Below, one piece after another: positions 54,758-63,669 of a stretch of DNA of 64,000 bases. Numbering within the stretch: the stretch's first letter is position 1; the number at the start of each line of letters is the position of its first letter. Both the position numbers and the translations under genes were made by a program. Source of the stretch: an uncultured virus (IMG/VR IMGVR_UViG_3300009128_000012) (lineage: Duplodnaviria > Heunggongvirae > Uroviricota > Caudoviricetes). A model generated the notes under the pieces. The model had not been told where the DNA came from, ran no database searches, and saw only the letters and a program-made list of their open reading frames with translations. The DNA lies in IMG/VR virus record IMGVR_UViG_3300009128_000012; one strand, 5' to 3'.

Positions 54758-54966
54758 TGAACAGAACGCGGCGGCAAGGCCTCCTACAGCGACTGGCAGA
54801 TCATCACTTCCCACCAGTGCCCTGCCCCGAGTGCACAAACCCCGGCTCGCCCGCCTATCTCTACCCGGTGATGGAGCGCTACGGCCTCGCGTGCGCCGGC
54901 TTCTGCCCCGATGAGATTCGAGCCGAACTGACCGGTTCCGAGCAGCCGGAAAGCGGGGAGAGATGA
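54757..54966 (+). CDS. Small Cys-containing hypothetical protein
   Basis: CPEC...C...C; overlaps both neighbours. Confidence 0.5.
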   Translation: MNRTRRQGLLQRLADHHFPPVPCPECTNPGSPAYLYPVMERYGLACAGFCPDEIRAELTGSEQPESGER

Positions 54967-55223
54967 CCCTGGAGGAATGGGCGTTGCGTAGAAGCGGTGA
55001 GGCCGCCGTTCGTGAATTCTCTGCGTTTGTCTGCACACGAATTCCGCATGGCTTGCAGATTCGGCCCAGAGGGTGGAGCAGTATCTTCACTGCGTGGAAA
55101 ACCTTGCGTGAAGACGACGCCACCCGCTCCATAATACACAAGCGGCTGGGAAAGATGATCGGTGGTTGGTACGAGCCAAGGGGCTACTCGCAGACCACCG
55201 GAAAGGAGCGCCCAGATGGCTGA
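54963..55223 (+). CDS. Hypothetical protein
   Basis: ATGA overlap. Confidence 0.45.
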   Translation: MTLEEWALRRSGEAAVREFSAFVCTRIPHGLQIRPRGWSSIFTAWKTLREDDATRSIIHKRLGKMIGGWYEPRGYSQTTGKERPDG

Positions 55224-55380
55224 CCTAATCGACCGAGAGGAACTACTGAAATGGATAGATCGGCTGTCCGGCTGCTTCCACTACACCCTTGGCTGCGGGG
55301 CTGTGATGACCGGCATATTCTGCGCTATCACAGACCACATTCGCTCAATGCCCACCACAAAGGAGCAGGCTGATGCCTAA
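55216..55380 (+). CDS. Small phage protein (MADLIDREELL...IRSMPT type)
   Basis: AAGGAG SD; common small phage protein pattern. Confidence 0.55.
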   Translation: MADLIDREELLKWIDRLSGCFHYTLGCGAVMTGIFCAITDHIRSMPTTKEQADA

Positions 55381-55678
55381 ATTATGCGAGAACTGTGGAG
55401 AGCGCGAGGGAGTGGACAACTGGGTGGGGACCGCCAGTGAGATGGAGATCGCCACCGGCCGCGTCAAGCCCGTCAAGTGGTGCCGCATCTGCGTCTTGGA
55501 GGCGCAGATAGAGCACGCCAAGGAGGGGGCATCCCACCTGCCGAGCTGGCGTGCACAACTCCGAGTGGAGCGCGGGGAGGTGGCAACAATGGCCGAGGCC
55601 CTAGCCCTGGAGCCGGACCCGCTGTCGGTCTATCCCGACGAGGCGAAGACCACCGTTAAAAACAAGGAAGAAGGATGA
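55373..55678 (+). CDS. Zn-finger hypothetical protein
   Basis: CENC...CRIC; AAGGAG SD. Confidence 0.55.
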   Translation: MPKLCENCGEREGVDNWVGTASEMEIATGRVKPVKWCRICVLEAQIEHAKEGASHLPSWRAQLRVERGEVATMAEALALEPDPLSVYPDEAKTTVKNKEEG

Positions 55679-55932
55679 CCGATCAAACCGAAGAGCGCGC
55701 CGCGCCAGCGTCACCCATGGACAACAAGGAGCACCTGCTGTACTGGCTGCGCCGCATCCACCGCCGGCTCCAGCCCGACGAGTTGAACCTGTTCAAGATG
55801 GCCAGGGACGGCGTGCCCTACTCCGACCGCATCGCGGCCATCCGGGCGGCTGAGCTACCTGGTGACCTGCAGCTGGAGCTGATGGCCCTCGAGACCGCCA
55901 TCGACTTCGTCGAGGAGGAGTACGATGCCTGA
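55675..55932 (+). CDS. Hypothetical protein
   Basis: ATGA overlap. Confidence 0.55.
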   Translation: MTDQTEERAAPASPMDNKEHLLYWLRRIHRRLQPDELNLFKMARDGVPYSDRIAAIRAAELPGDLQLELMALETAIDFVEEEYDA

Positions 55933-56521
55933 GCTGCCGAAGCAACCTGACTGGGGCTGGATGCGCCGGTTCGTCATACCCTGCAAGCAGGGCGAGTGCT
56001 ACGCCGAGTGGCCGCTGTCTGGCCGGCTCGGCATGCTGCGGGTGCGGCCGGTTGGCATGCACGGGGGTTGGCACTGGACTATCGAGTCCGAGACACACAG
56101 CCCGCATCAGATCACCGACCGCCTCGGCCGCCGCCTGTTGGCCCTCCTCACCGCTGAGCAGGAGCTGCTGGAGCTGCAGGGCGCCCGAACCCACCCGGGC
56201 GTCGAAGACGTCCGTCAGCTGCAGCAAGGCCCACCCATCGGCGGCAACAGCGACGAGCCGGTCAAGGTCCGTCCGCACTGGTGGTACGACGAGGGCTACT
56301 GGGATCTGCACGCCGCAGACCTTGACGCCCCCGCGGTGATGCTGCCGGCGTCGGTGGTGAACCAGTACGAGCAGGCTCTGGCGCAGGCCTACGCGGCCAA
56401 GGACGCCGCGAACAAGGTGATGACAGACGCGCTGCACGCCGCGGGGTACAAGCCGCGCAGCCCGGACATGGAGCCGCTACCTTCAGCGGACGCTGAGAGG
56501 ATAAACCGAAGTGGCAAGTGA
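55925..56521 (+). CDS. Hypothetical protein
   Basis: GAGGAGGAG SD; VRPHWW motif. Confidence 0.55.
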   Translation: MPELPKQPDWGWMRRFVIPCKQGECYAEWPLSGRLGMLRVRPVGMHGGWHWTIESETHSPHQITDRLGRRLLALLTAEQELLELQGARTHPGVEDVRQLQQGPPIGGNSDEPVKVRPHWWYDEGYWDLHAADLDAPAVMLPASVVNQYEQALAQAYAAKDAANKVMTDALHAAGYKPRSPDMEPLPSADAERINRSGK

Positions 56522-56672
56522 CCGTCACGCACCTACCATCTTGCAAAGAGCTGCTGGCCTCGGCGCGGTCGTGCTGGCCGTTGCAGCGGTGCCCACGTTC
56601 GTAGTCACGGCTACGCTCTGGAGCGCATGCGGGCTCCTGGCCGCCTACTGCGGATCGAGAGGAAGCCGATGA
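56511..56672 (+). CDS. Small membrane protein (53 aa)
   Basis: Hand translation MASDRHAPTILQRAAGLGAVVLAVAAVPTFVVTATLWSACGLLAAYCGSRGSR; fills the gap with an ATGA overlap. Confidence 0.45.
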   Translation: MASDRHAPTILQRAAGLGAVVLAVAAVPTFVVTATLWSACGLLAAYCGSRGSR

Positions 56673-56842
56673 GCCTGTTCAGCCTTGACGAAATCTGCGA
56701 GGGCTGCATCCACGTGAAGCGCTGCCCCACCTGCGGCCACCGCCTCGGCTGCCGCAAGGGCTGCGAGGCCGGCATCGAGGTGGACTGCGCCACGGGGCGG
56801 TGCAGCAACAAGGAGACAGAGAGTGATGCCGGTGTCGATTGA
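56669..56842 (+). CDS. Small Cys-rich protein
   Basis: 8 Cys in 57 aa; GAGGA SD. Confidence 0.55.
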   Translation: MSLFSLDEICEGCIHVKRCPTCGHRLGCRKGCEAGIEVDCATGRCSNKETESDAGVD

Positions 56843-57029
56843 CACGAAACCCTTTGTGCTTCACTGCGAGCGCGAGGTGTGGGCGCTGGCGGCGCAGCTG
56901 CTCAACTACGGTCTGGTGTGCGAGGAGCTGGACATCATCGTGGCCAGCCGCCGGCGCGCACCACACCTCCTGCCGCGGCTCGAGGCCACCATCAAGATCA
57001 GACCAGGTGGACAGCCGTCGCGCCGGTGA
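56826..57029 (+). CDS. Hypothetical protein
   Basis: Fits the operon. Confidence 0.45.
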   Translation: MPVSIDTKPFVLHCEREVWALAAQLLNYGLVCEELDIIVASRRRAPHLLPRLEATIKIRPGGQPSRR

Positions 57030-57048
57030 TTATCCTGCGGAGATGACT

Positions 57049-57384
57049 ATGGAAGAATCGGGACATGCCGGACCCCGCACCAACGACACCGGCTACCTCA
57101 TTGACTTCAACAAGTGGTCGGAGAACTGGGCCAACGACCGCGCCGCGCGCGACAAGCTGCGTCTCGGCAGCCGGCACTGGGTGGTGCTGCGCACCATCCG
57201 CCAGTTTGTGAAGGACCACCAGCGCAGCCCCATGACGCTGGAGTTGTTGCAGGCGCTGCACATCAATCTCAAGACCCTACACGCGCTCTACCCCCTGGGG
57301 GTTCGGCAGGCCTGCAAGATCTCGGGGGCACCGGCGCCGGGCTGCAGCTCTGCGACCATTCTCACCGTCGAGGAGTCAAGCTGA
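57049..57384 (+). CDS. dsrC: DsrC/TusE family sulfur relay protein
   Basis: T...GYL.D...WSE..A......L...HW.V...R.F......P...L..LYP.G..QACKISG.P.P.C. Confidence 0.85.
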   Translation: MEESGHAGPRTNDTGYLIDFNKWSENWANDRAARDKLRLGSRHWVVLRTIRQFVKDHQRSPMTLELLQALHINLKTLHALYPLGVRQACKISGAPAPGCSSATILTVEESS

Positions 57385-57713
57385 TGGCCTGGGCCAAGGC
57401 CACGAGTGCGCCTGTCGTCACCGTCAACTACGCCGGGGGCGGCCGCGACTGCGTCGCGCTGTACTTGCGCAAGGACGTCCGTGGCATTTTGACCGTCTAC
57501 GACCTGCACCGCGACCTCGAGGAGGTGTTGCTGCAGACCATCTGGGATCATGTGCAAGAGGGCGCAGCGCCCGGCGCGGAGCAGGAGATGGAGGCCAAGG
57601 CGGCGCGGGTCCTGGCAGCGCTGGTGGCGCGCGGCGAGCTGTACGTCAACGACGAGGACGAGCGGTATGCCGTCCACGTCAACCCGAGCTTGCCCGCGGG
57701 GCCTGGGAACTAG
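57384..57713 (+). CDS. Hypothetical protein
   Basis: TGATG overlap; GAGGAG SD. Confidence 0.55.
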   Translation: MAWAKATSAPVVTVNYAGGGRDCVALYLRKDVRGILTVYDLHRDLEEVLLQTIWDHVQEGAAPGAEQEMEAKAARVLAALVARGELYVNDEDERYAVHVNPSLPAGPGN

Positions 57714-58031
57714 ATGGCCCGCAAGAAGCCAGCCTTCTACCGCCACGTCCAGCTGCGCAAGTGGGTGGACATGGGCAGCTTGCAGCCCGAAGACGTGGCC
57801 ACCCTGGACCACGAGAAGGTGCGCGCCGCTGGCACCAGGTATCGCTGGACCTGGAGCAAGTTCCCGGAGAAGGACGCCGTCAAGGGTCGGTGGGTCAAGC
57901 TCAAGAACCGCGAGACCGGCAAGCTGGTGGACGGCTGGCTCATCGTCCACGTGGGGGACCGTGTACCAGCCGCCCAGGCGGAGGCCCAGGAGCGCGACTG
58001 GATGGACCAGCGGCGGCACAGCGATGTCTAA
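57714..58031 (+). CDS. Hypothetical protein
   Basis: Abuts the upstream stop; strong GC3 bias. Confidence 0.55.
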   Translation: MARKKPAFYRHVQLRKWVDMGSLQPEDVATLDHEKVRAAGTRYRWTWSKFPEKDAVKGRWVKLKNRETGKLVDGWLIVHVGDRVPAAQAEAQERDWMDQRRHSDV

Positions 58032-58809
58032 GCCACCAGCCCGGGGCCCTGATGGCCTCATCGGTTGCATCGGCATCGCCTCCGATGGCGTTGCGGGCTG
58101 GGACTGGCTTCGCAGCCAGCTGGGGCCCCCGGGCCGGACCTGGACCGCCTGCCGCCACGAGAGCTCCCCAGGCTACGTCTGGCTCTCCTTCTACATGGTG
58201 CAAGACCCCCACCCGCGGATGCTGCTCGCCCACGGGGTGCACCTGCAGATGCTGGTGGATTGGGACTTCAACCCGGCGCCCCACGCCCCGGACGGCTACG
58301 TCTGGTGCGCCGGCTGCGCGCCGACCGAGACCCCGCTGGCGACGCTGCCTTCCAGCTGGCTGGCCTACGTGGAGCCGCTGCCGGACTGGATGGGGTCCCA
58401 GCCGCCCCCGCGACCGCTGCCGCAGTCAGAGGGCGCCAGCAGGGCACTGAGCGAGCACAGCACCGGCTACGGGCTGGTGGCACTCCAGCAGGAAGCGGCC
58501 GCAGTCGGCGCGGCTGCAGCAGGCAGCACGAACTCTGGGGCGCCGGATGACGCACTGCGTCACATTTGTCAACAGCTTCACAAGGCGGCCTACCGGTGCG
58601 GCCGGCTGGTGGGTGGCCACGAGCTGTCCTGGGGGGACTGCTGGCGGCAGCTGTGGGCGGCCTGCGGCGGGCCCTGGGCCACCGGTGGCCTCGCGCTGGA
58701 GCTCGCTGTCACCATCGAAGGGGCGCTTCGCATGGGGGTGGCCGACCCGCGGTCTCGAAAGGCGCACGGGCTGGCGCTTTCTCCTGAGGGACAAATCACC
58801 TTGTTGTAG
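58024..58809 (+). CDS. Degenerate primase-polymerase-like protein (C-terminal helical domain recognisable)
   Basis: L.KAAY..G.LV....L.......L..A...TI..AL..G...PR resembles prim-pol C-termini. Confidence 0.45.
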   Translation: MSKPPARGPDGLIGCIGIASDGVAGWDWLRSQLGPPGRTWTACRHESSPGYVWLSFYMVQDPHPRMLLAHGVHLQMLVDWDFNPAPHAPDGYVWCAGCAPTETPLATLPSSWLAYVEPLPDWMGSQPPPRPLPQSEGASRALSEHSTGYGLVALQQEAAAVGAAAAGSTNSGAPDDALRHICQQLHKAAYRCGRLVGGHELSWGDCWRQLWAACGGPWATGGLALELAVTIEGALRMGVADPRSRKAHGLALSPEGQITLL

Positions 58810-58840
58810 CTTGCGACCCTGTTGACAACCTGTGGAAAGC

Positions 58841-59296
58841 CTACTTGCCGGGCGGGTTTTCTCTCAACTCGTCGACCACGTCCATGTACTTGAGCGCGTC
58901 CCAGACGGTGAGCTGCTTGGCCATCACCGCGGGCACGAGTTGGTCTGGGTGGGTGCAGGCCGCGAACCGCAGCAGGTCGTAGGCGATGCAGGCGCGCGCG
59001 TCGAGGGCGCGCATGCGCAGCTCCTTCTTCACCGGCTCCGACAGCGCCCAGGTCCCGTCATCGCCGTTGGATTCCACGAAGCCCAGCACGGACGCTGTGG
59101 CGAGGATATCCTGTGGGGAGTTCTCGCCCTTCTTAGGCCCGCGGCGCCCGGCCGTGCGGCAGCCCTTGCAGATCTGGGGAAGCTCCTCGACCACGACGGC
59201 GCCTGGCAGTGGACCGGCGGCGAGCAGCTGCAGCAGAGCGACTAGCTGCTCGCTGGTGGCCCAGCCAGCGCCGGACAGCGTGTCTTCGTGGGGCAT
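58841..59296 (-). CDS. Hypothetical protein (winged-helix-like)
   Basis: 151 aa; last gene of the leftward operon. Confidence 0.5.
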   Translation of the reverse strand: MPHEDTLSGAGWATSEQLVALLQLLAAGPLPGAVVVEELPQICKGCRTAGRRGPKKGENSPQDILATASVLGFVESNGDDGTWALSEPVKKELRMRALDARACIAYDLLRFAACTHPDQLVPAVMAKQLTVWDALKYMDVVDELRENPPGK

Positions 59297-59300
59297 TTGA

Positions 59301-59639
59301 TCAGGTGCGGTCGGTAGGCCGGTAGGTGTCTGTCAGCCTGCCGTCGAACTCCCGCCAGGGGATGTCGGTCTGCTTGCCATCGGGCGTGACGCCGCGCAGT
59401 GGCGGGTGCGGGGGCTCGACGAAGTCGGCCATGGTGCAGAAGCGGCCGTTGTAGGGGCACCACTCGGCGATGCACCAGTCCCCTCCGAACAGACGGTTCA
59501 GCTCAGCCTCCAGCTCGTAGTTGCGCCGGCGGGTCATGTCGTACAGCCTGCCGAAGCGCTGCAGCGACCCGGGCCCGATGTTGCCGAACAGGCGCTTCTT
59601 GATCTTGTCGGCGGCGCCCTTGCGGGTGATGAAGTTCAT
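59301..59639 (-). CDS. Hypothetical protein
   Basis: MNFITRKG; ATGA overlap. Confidence 0.55.
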   Translation of the reverse strand: MNFITRKGAADKIKKRLFGNIGPGSLQRFGRLYDMTRRRNYELEAELNRLFGGDWCIAEWCPYNGRFCTMADFVEPPHPPLRGVTPDGKQTDIPWREFDGRLTDTYRPTDRT

Positions 59640-60205
59640 CTGCGCTGCTCCGTCTGCAGCTGCACCTGCGCGCGGATCTCGAGCAGCATCTGGTGGAGTG
59701 TTGCCGGCACCATCGCCATGTGCTGGAAGGCGGGCCCGACGGCGGCGACGGCGTCTTCGATGTAGCAGCTCTTCCGCGGGTCGATGCAGGGATCGATCAA
59801 GACGGTGAGGGTATCCCCTCGCGGCATCAGGAAGCAGAAGTCCCCGGCGCTGTAGGCGCTCTTGTCGATAACGGCGTGGTGCCACATGATCTTGAGCGCC
59901 CAGTGCACCTGCTCGTCAGGACCCATCGCGAGGATGGTGGTCTGGTCCATTGAGGTGTAGGCCGGCCCACCAGATCCGTGCCGGCCGATGTAGGTGCGGC
60001 CGATGGTGTGCTGGTCGCAGGAGTAGAAGTCCACGTGCTCGTCCTCGAAGGTGCGGCTACCCCGGTAGGTGCAGCGGTCGCAGTCGTGCTCCCAGCGTTT
60101 CGGCGTCGGCGGGGGTAGCAGCCCAAGCGGGGGATACTCGTGGAGGATCTTGGGGTCGGGTGTTGGGATTGAGAGATGGAGTCCCGGCTTGACTGGTTTG
60201 CTCAT
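59636..60205 (-). CDS. Hypothetical protein (HDCDRC motif)
   Basis: PKRWEHDCDRCTY.G....D.Y.C...RHG..G..Y.S; ATGA overlap. Confidence 0.6.
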   Translation of the reverse strand: MSKPVKPGLHLSIPTPDPKILHEYPPLGLLPPPTPKRWEHDCDRCTYRGSRTFEDEHVDFYSCDQHTIGRTYIGRHGSGGPAYTSMDQTTILAMGPDEQVHWALKIMWHHAVIDKSAYSAGDFCFLMPRGDTLTVLIDPCIDPRKSCYIEDAVAAVGPAFQHMAMVPATLHQMLLEIRAQVQLQTEQRR

Positions 60206-60552
60206 TTCTCGCGGCCTCCTCTCAGGCCCAATCCCACCTGCTTGCCGGCCTTGATTGCCTTCCAAGCTTTGTAGGTGGGGCAGCGCAGGCGGTGCCACCA
60301 GCGCCAGAAGAGCAGCGCGCGCCAGCCGTCGGTGCGTTTACAGAGTGGGCAGCGCGGCTCCACGGTCACAATCCAAGCGCCCTCGCGGGTTAGATGTGAG
60401 TCGACGATTCGCATCTCCCCCGGCTTGCGTGCGTCCTGCTCTGCCTCGCGAAATGCGTCATAGGCTGCACGGATCTCGTCAACTGAGACGGTGTTCCCGC
60501 GGGCGTCGGGCTCGTCAGGGGCTAGTATACAACCTGTGATTAGCTCTTTCAT
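60202..60552 (-). CDS. Degenerate stand-alone XkdF-like domain protein
   Basis: ITGCILAPDEPDARGN..S.DEIRAA...IVDS.L..EGAW...WKAIKAGK..GLGLRG aligns by eye with the protease domain at 26941-27290. Confidence 0.7.
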   Translation of the reverse strand: MKELITGCILAPDEPDARGNTVSVDEIRAAYDAFREAEQDARKPGEMRIVDSHLTREGAWIVTVEPRCPLCKRTDGWRALLFWRWWHRLRCPTYKAWKAIKAGKQVGLGLRGGREK

Positions 60553-60571
60553 GTTAGTACATCCTTCGCCT

Positions 60572-61273
60572 CTACTGAGCCAGCGCAGGCGGAAATGGCA
60601 CCCAGCACACCTTGTCGGTGTGGTCTTCCGTTCGCACCGGAAAGGGGATGCGGTAGTCGCCGAAGCGCTCGTCTGATTCCGGGTCCTTCCACGGCATCTC
60701 GATGCGGTCCGAGATCACCAGGGGCCAGGGCAGCTGGACAGGCTGTATGAGCTGCCCCGGCTCACGCGGGCGAATCATGTCCTTCATTGGCACCGGAGCG
60801 TCTACGCCCTTACGGACGGTGTCGAGCCAGAAGGACTCGCACGATGCGCCGTCCTGCTTGTACTGAAACTCGAGGTAGGTCTTGGCCCCGGGGCTGATGT
60901 CCACCCCGTAGGCAAAGCGCTTGCCCAGCCGCTCCGGGATCACGATGTACATACTGACTACGAGCTGCGGTTGTAGCTCGCCCCACTTGTAGTCGACGTG
61001 CGCTTTCCACTCACAGAGCGCCCTGACGCGGCCGTGCGGGTCTTCAGGGTCTTCGAGTATGTAGCGGTGCTCGAAGAACCAGCGATGCTCGCCCCAGGGG
61101 TGCAGCAGCATCTTCAGGGTGCAGCCGCACTCGAGGTCCTGGTGCACAGTCAGAGTCTGCTGTTGTTCCTCCAGCCCGCCGACCAGCGCCTTGAGCGCCG
61201 CTTGCTGCGCCGGCGGCATCTCGTCGCTCTCGACCAGCTTGTACAGCGCCATGATGTAGTCGGTCTTGTCCAT
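60572..61273 (-). CDS. Hypothetical protein
   Basis: MDKTDYIMALYK; TGATG overlap. Confidence 0.55.
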   Translation of the reverse strand: MDKTDYIMALYKLVESDEMPPAQQAALKALVGGLEEQQQTLTVHQDLECGCTLKMLLHPWGEHRWFFEHRYILEDPEDPHGRVRALCEWKAHVDYKWGELQPQLVVSMYIVIPERLGKRFAYGVDISPGAKTYLEFQYKQDGASCESFWLDTVRKGVDAPVPMKDMIRPREPGQLIQPVQLPWPLVISDRIEMPWKDPESDERFGDYRIPFPVRTEDHTDKVCWVPFPPALAQ

Positions 61274-61818
61274 CAGCTTGCGGGCTTCTTGTCGACCTCG
61301 GCGATGGCGCGCACGATGGCCTCCTTGGTCTTGGCGGCCTTGACCATGTCGTTGCTGGCGGCGGCCCCGCCGGCGTTGTTGCGGATGTGCTCCGGCTGCT
61401 CCTCGGCGGGCACGATGTGTACCTGCGGCGGGACCCCCGAGCGCAGCCCGACCCACTCGATGGCGACGGCGTCGTGTGCGGCGTTGAGGTCCAGGGGGTT
61501 CCACTTCGAGATCTTGGCGTGGAAGTTGAACGCCATCGCCTCCTCTTCCTGCAGCCGCGGCAGCAGCCAGGCCGTCAGCCGGACCGCGCCGCTGTCGTCG
61601 GCGGCCGCCTCGAGCCGCTCCTTGAGCGTGGGCTCGCCGGCGCGGATGGCGCGGCCCAGCCAGAGGATGTCGTTGAACGGGTCCATGTAGATGGAGTAGA
61701 CGGACAACAGCTCCGTCGGCCGCTCGTCGCCGTCTTCGTTTGTGGGGTGATGCAGCTCTGCAGCAAAGCTGAAGCTGGCGTACAGTGTGGCGAAGTGCCT
61801 GATGGGGGTGCTGGTCAT
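61273..61818 (-). CDS. Hypothetical protein
   Basis: AGGAG SD; strong GC3 bias. Confidence 0.6.
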   Translation of the reverse strand: MTSTPIRHFATLYASFSFAAELHHPTNEDGDERPTELLSVYSIYMDPFNDILWLGRAIRAGEPTLKERLEAAADDSGAVRLTAWLLPRLQEEEAMAFNFHAKISKWNPLDLNAAHDAVAIEWVGLRSGVPPQVHIVPAEEQPEHIRNNAGGAAASNDMVKAAKTKEAIVRAIAEVDKKPAS

Positions 61819-61821
61819 TTG

Positions 61822-62673
61822 TCAGTCTCCTGTTTCGGTGGTTGGCTCGGGGGACCACCGTATGCCATCGCTCTGCCCGGCTGCTTGGTGGTCGCCATCG
61901 TGGCCTGTGGGAAGCTGGCAGTGCCACGTGCCGTCAGGCGACGGGGCACAGCAGAACTCGTCTTGAGACTCCTCAGGTGGTTTGAACATCGGCCGCCAGT
62001 AGGTGGCGGCGCTGCAGTAGCCGCCTGTCTCAGCAGAGTGCCAGCGCCCCACTCCGTCGATCCACGCAATGCGCTGCTGGTCTCCTGAGATGGCTATGAC
62101 GTGAAGTCTCTCCGGTGGCAGAGCTTCGGAGGCCTTGGTCCACGCAGCCGCTGGACAGTAATGCACGGTGCTGGCTTTCACTTCACGGCATCGGCATGGC
62201 TCGTCCTCGGTGAGGCTGAGGCCAGGGCCGACAGCCAACTCGATCGGACCCATCGGCGGAGGGCTTAGATCGACGCGCACGTCGACACCATGCTCCAGCC
62301 GCTCGATGCGCTGCCCGAGATCAGGATGCTCATGCCCAAGCAGCCTCCGCGAGAGCTTCTTCTCAGCGCTGGCCAGTGCCTCTTGTAGATGAGTGACCAG
62401 ACCGGCAGCGGTCTCGGCCGCATCGGCAGCCTGCCCCTCAACCACTTCGAGGCGCTTGGAGCAGCTGCGAATCTGCTCCACGAGCTCCGGGTACCGCCGC
62501 GCCAGCAATGCGTCCTCGATCTCCTGCAGCTTCCCCTGTAGATCAGCTTCAACGGCCTCAAGGCCCTCGAGCTCGCACTCGGCGGCAGCGCAGTCCTGGC
62601 ACAGGGCAGCCAGCCGAGCTTTCGTGCGGCCGCACTTGGGACACTCGGTGCTCGGTTCGAAATCTCCCGGCAT
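61822..62673 (-). CDS. Zn-finger, coiled-coil and DUF551-like protein
   Basis: CPKC..CQDC, coiled coil, W...SE.LP...TYWRPM..PP; GAGGAGG SD. Confidence 0.6.
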   Translation of the reverse strand: MPGDFEPSTECPKCGRTKARLAALCQDCAAAECELEGLEAVEADLQGKLQEIEDALLARRYPELVEQIRSCSKRLEVVEGQAADAAETAAGLVTHLQEALASAEKKLSRRLLGHEHPDLGQRIERLEHGVDVRVDLSPPPMGPIELAVGPGLSLTEDEPCRCREVKASTVHYCPAAAWTKASEALPPERLHVIAISGDQQRIAWIDGVGRWHSAETGGYCSAATYWRPMFKPPEESQDEFCCAPSPDGTWHCQLPTGHDGDHQAAGQSDGIRWSPEPTTETGD

Positions 62674-62737
62674 GAAATCCTCCTCTTTAGCAGCAACAGC
62701 ATGCCACAACAGATGCGACACTGTCTACAGTTTTTTC

Positions 62738-62766
62738 TTGACCAGCACATGACTGTCTGGCAAGCT
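62738..62766 (+). promoter_or_regulatory. Possible sigma70-like promoter (leaderless)
   Basis: TTGACC-17nt-CAAGCT with TGn, 7 nt before the ATG at 62774; T-tract upstream. Confidence 0.5.
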
Positions 62767-62773
62767 GGTGCCC

Positions 62774-63187
62774 ATGTCTTTTTGGGACCACTTTCGGCCG
62801 AGCACCTACTTCGCCGCGCCGCCTGCGCCGACGCTGAGGATGCGAGTCGATGGCATGGCGCTGTTGCAGGTCCGCTGCCTATGCGAGCTACGGTGCGGTG
62901 CGGCACGCATCGGTGTGGTGACACAGCTTCATCATCACTTTGACTCGCGGACGCCGCTGCCGAATGGGCAGCTGTCGGCTTTACACACCAACGTGGTGGC
63001 AGAGCTGGACCGTCTCGGATGCTCCGGAGCCACTTGTGAGGGTGCTGCCGTTCCGCTACTGCGAAGGCTGAGCGCGTTGATCCCTGGCCGGCGGGTGTTC
63101 TGCATCAACCAGCGTTACCTGAAGCAGGCTCTCGTCGTGGGCGGCGCGCCAGTCGACGGCCGCGTCACCGAGCTCAAGATAGAATAG
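62774..63187 (+). CDS. Hypothetical protein
   Basis: ORF directly behind a promoter-like motif. Confidence 0.5.
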   Translation: MSFWDHFRPSTYFAAPPAPTLRMRVDGMALLQVRCLCELRCGAARIGVVTQLHHHFDSRTPLPNGQLSALHTNVVAELDRLGCSGATCEGAAVPLLRRLSALIPGRRVFCINQRYLKQALVVGGAPVDGRVTELKIE

Positions 63188-63252
63188 AGGCAGGCGTCGC
63201 GCGCGGTATCGGTGCGGCGGCAAGTGCGACGCTGTTTACAGGGAGCGACAAC

Positions 63253-63669
63253 ATGGATTTACAGTGCGACTGCAGCTGCGACATTGAGGGTGAGCCCGGG
63301 CGTTGCGTGACAGTGACCAAGCCGGTGGCTCAGAAGCGCCATCGGTGCATTGAGTGCGCGGGCGACATCGAGCCGGGTGAGCGGTACGAGCGGGTGAAGG
63401 GCTTCTGGGAGGGTGAGTGGGAGTCATCGGCGACGTGCATGCCGTGTACGCGGATGCGGCGAGACCTGTGCCCGTGCGCGCCCATCGGCTGCTTGCTGGA
63501 CGAGATCTACCAGAACAACAAGGAAGACGAGTACCACAGCTGGGATTCAGAGAAGAAGCGATTCGAGTACGACCTGGAGGCTGCCGCGCGCAATGAGGAG
63601 TTGGCGTGGGTGCTGGGTCTCGATGAGCTGTGGGCCAGCTGGAAGGAGAAGAGAAGCGATGGCAGCTGA
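63253..63669 (+). CDS. Phage Zn-finger protein
   Basis: A.K.H.C.EC...I.PGE.YE...G.W.G......C..C; GGGAG SD. Confidence 0.7.
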   Translation: MDLQCDCSCDIEGEPGRCVTVTKPVAQKRHRCIECAGDIEPGERYERVKGFWEGEWESSATCMPCTRMRRDLCPCAPIGCLLDEIYQNNKEDEYHSWDSEKKRFEYDLEAAARNEELAWVLGLDELWASWKEKRSDGS

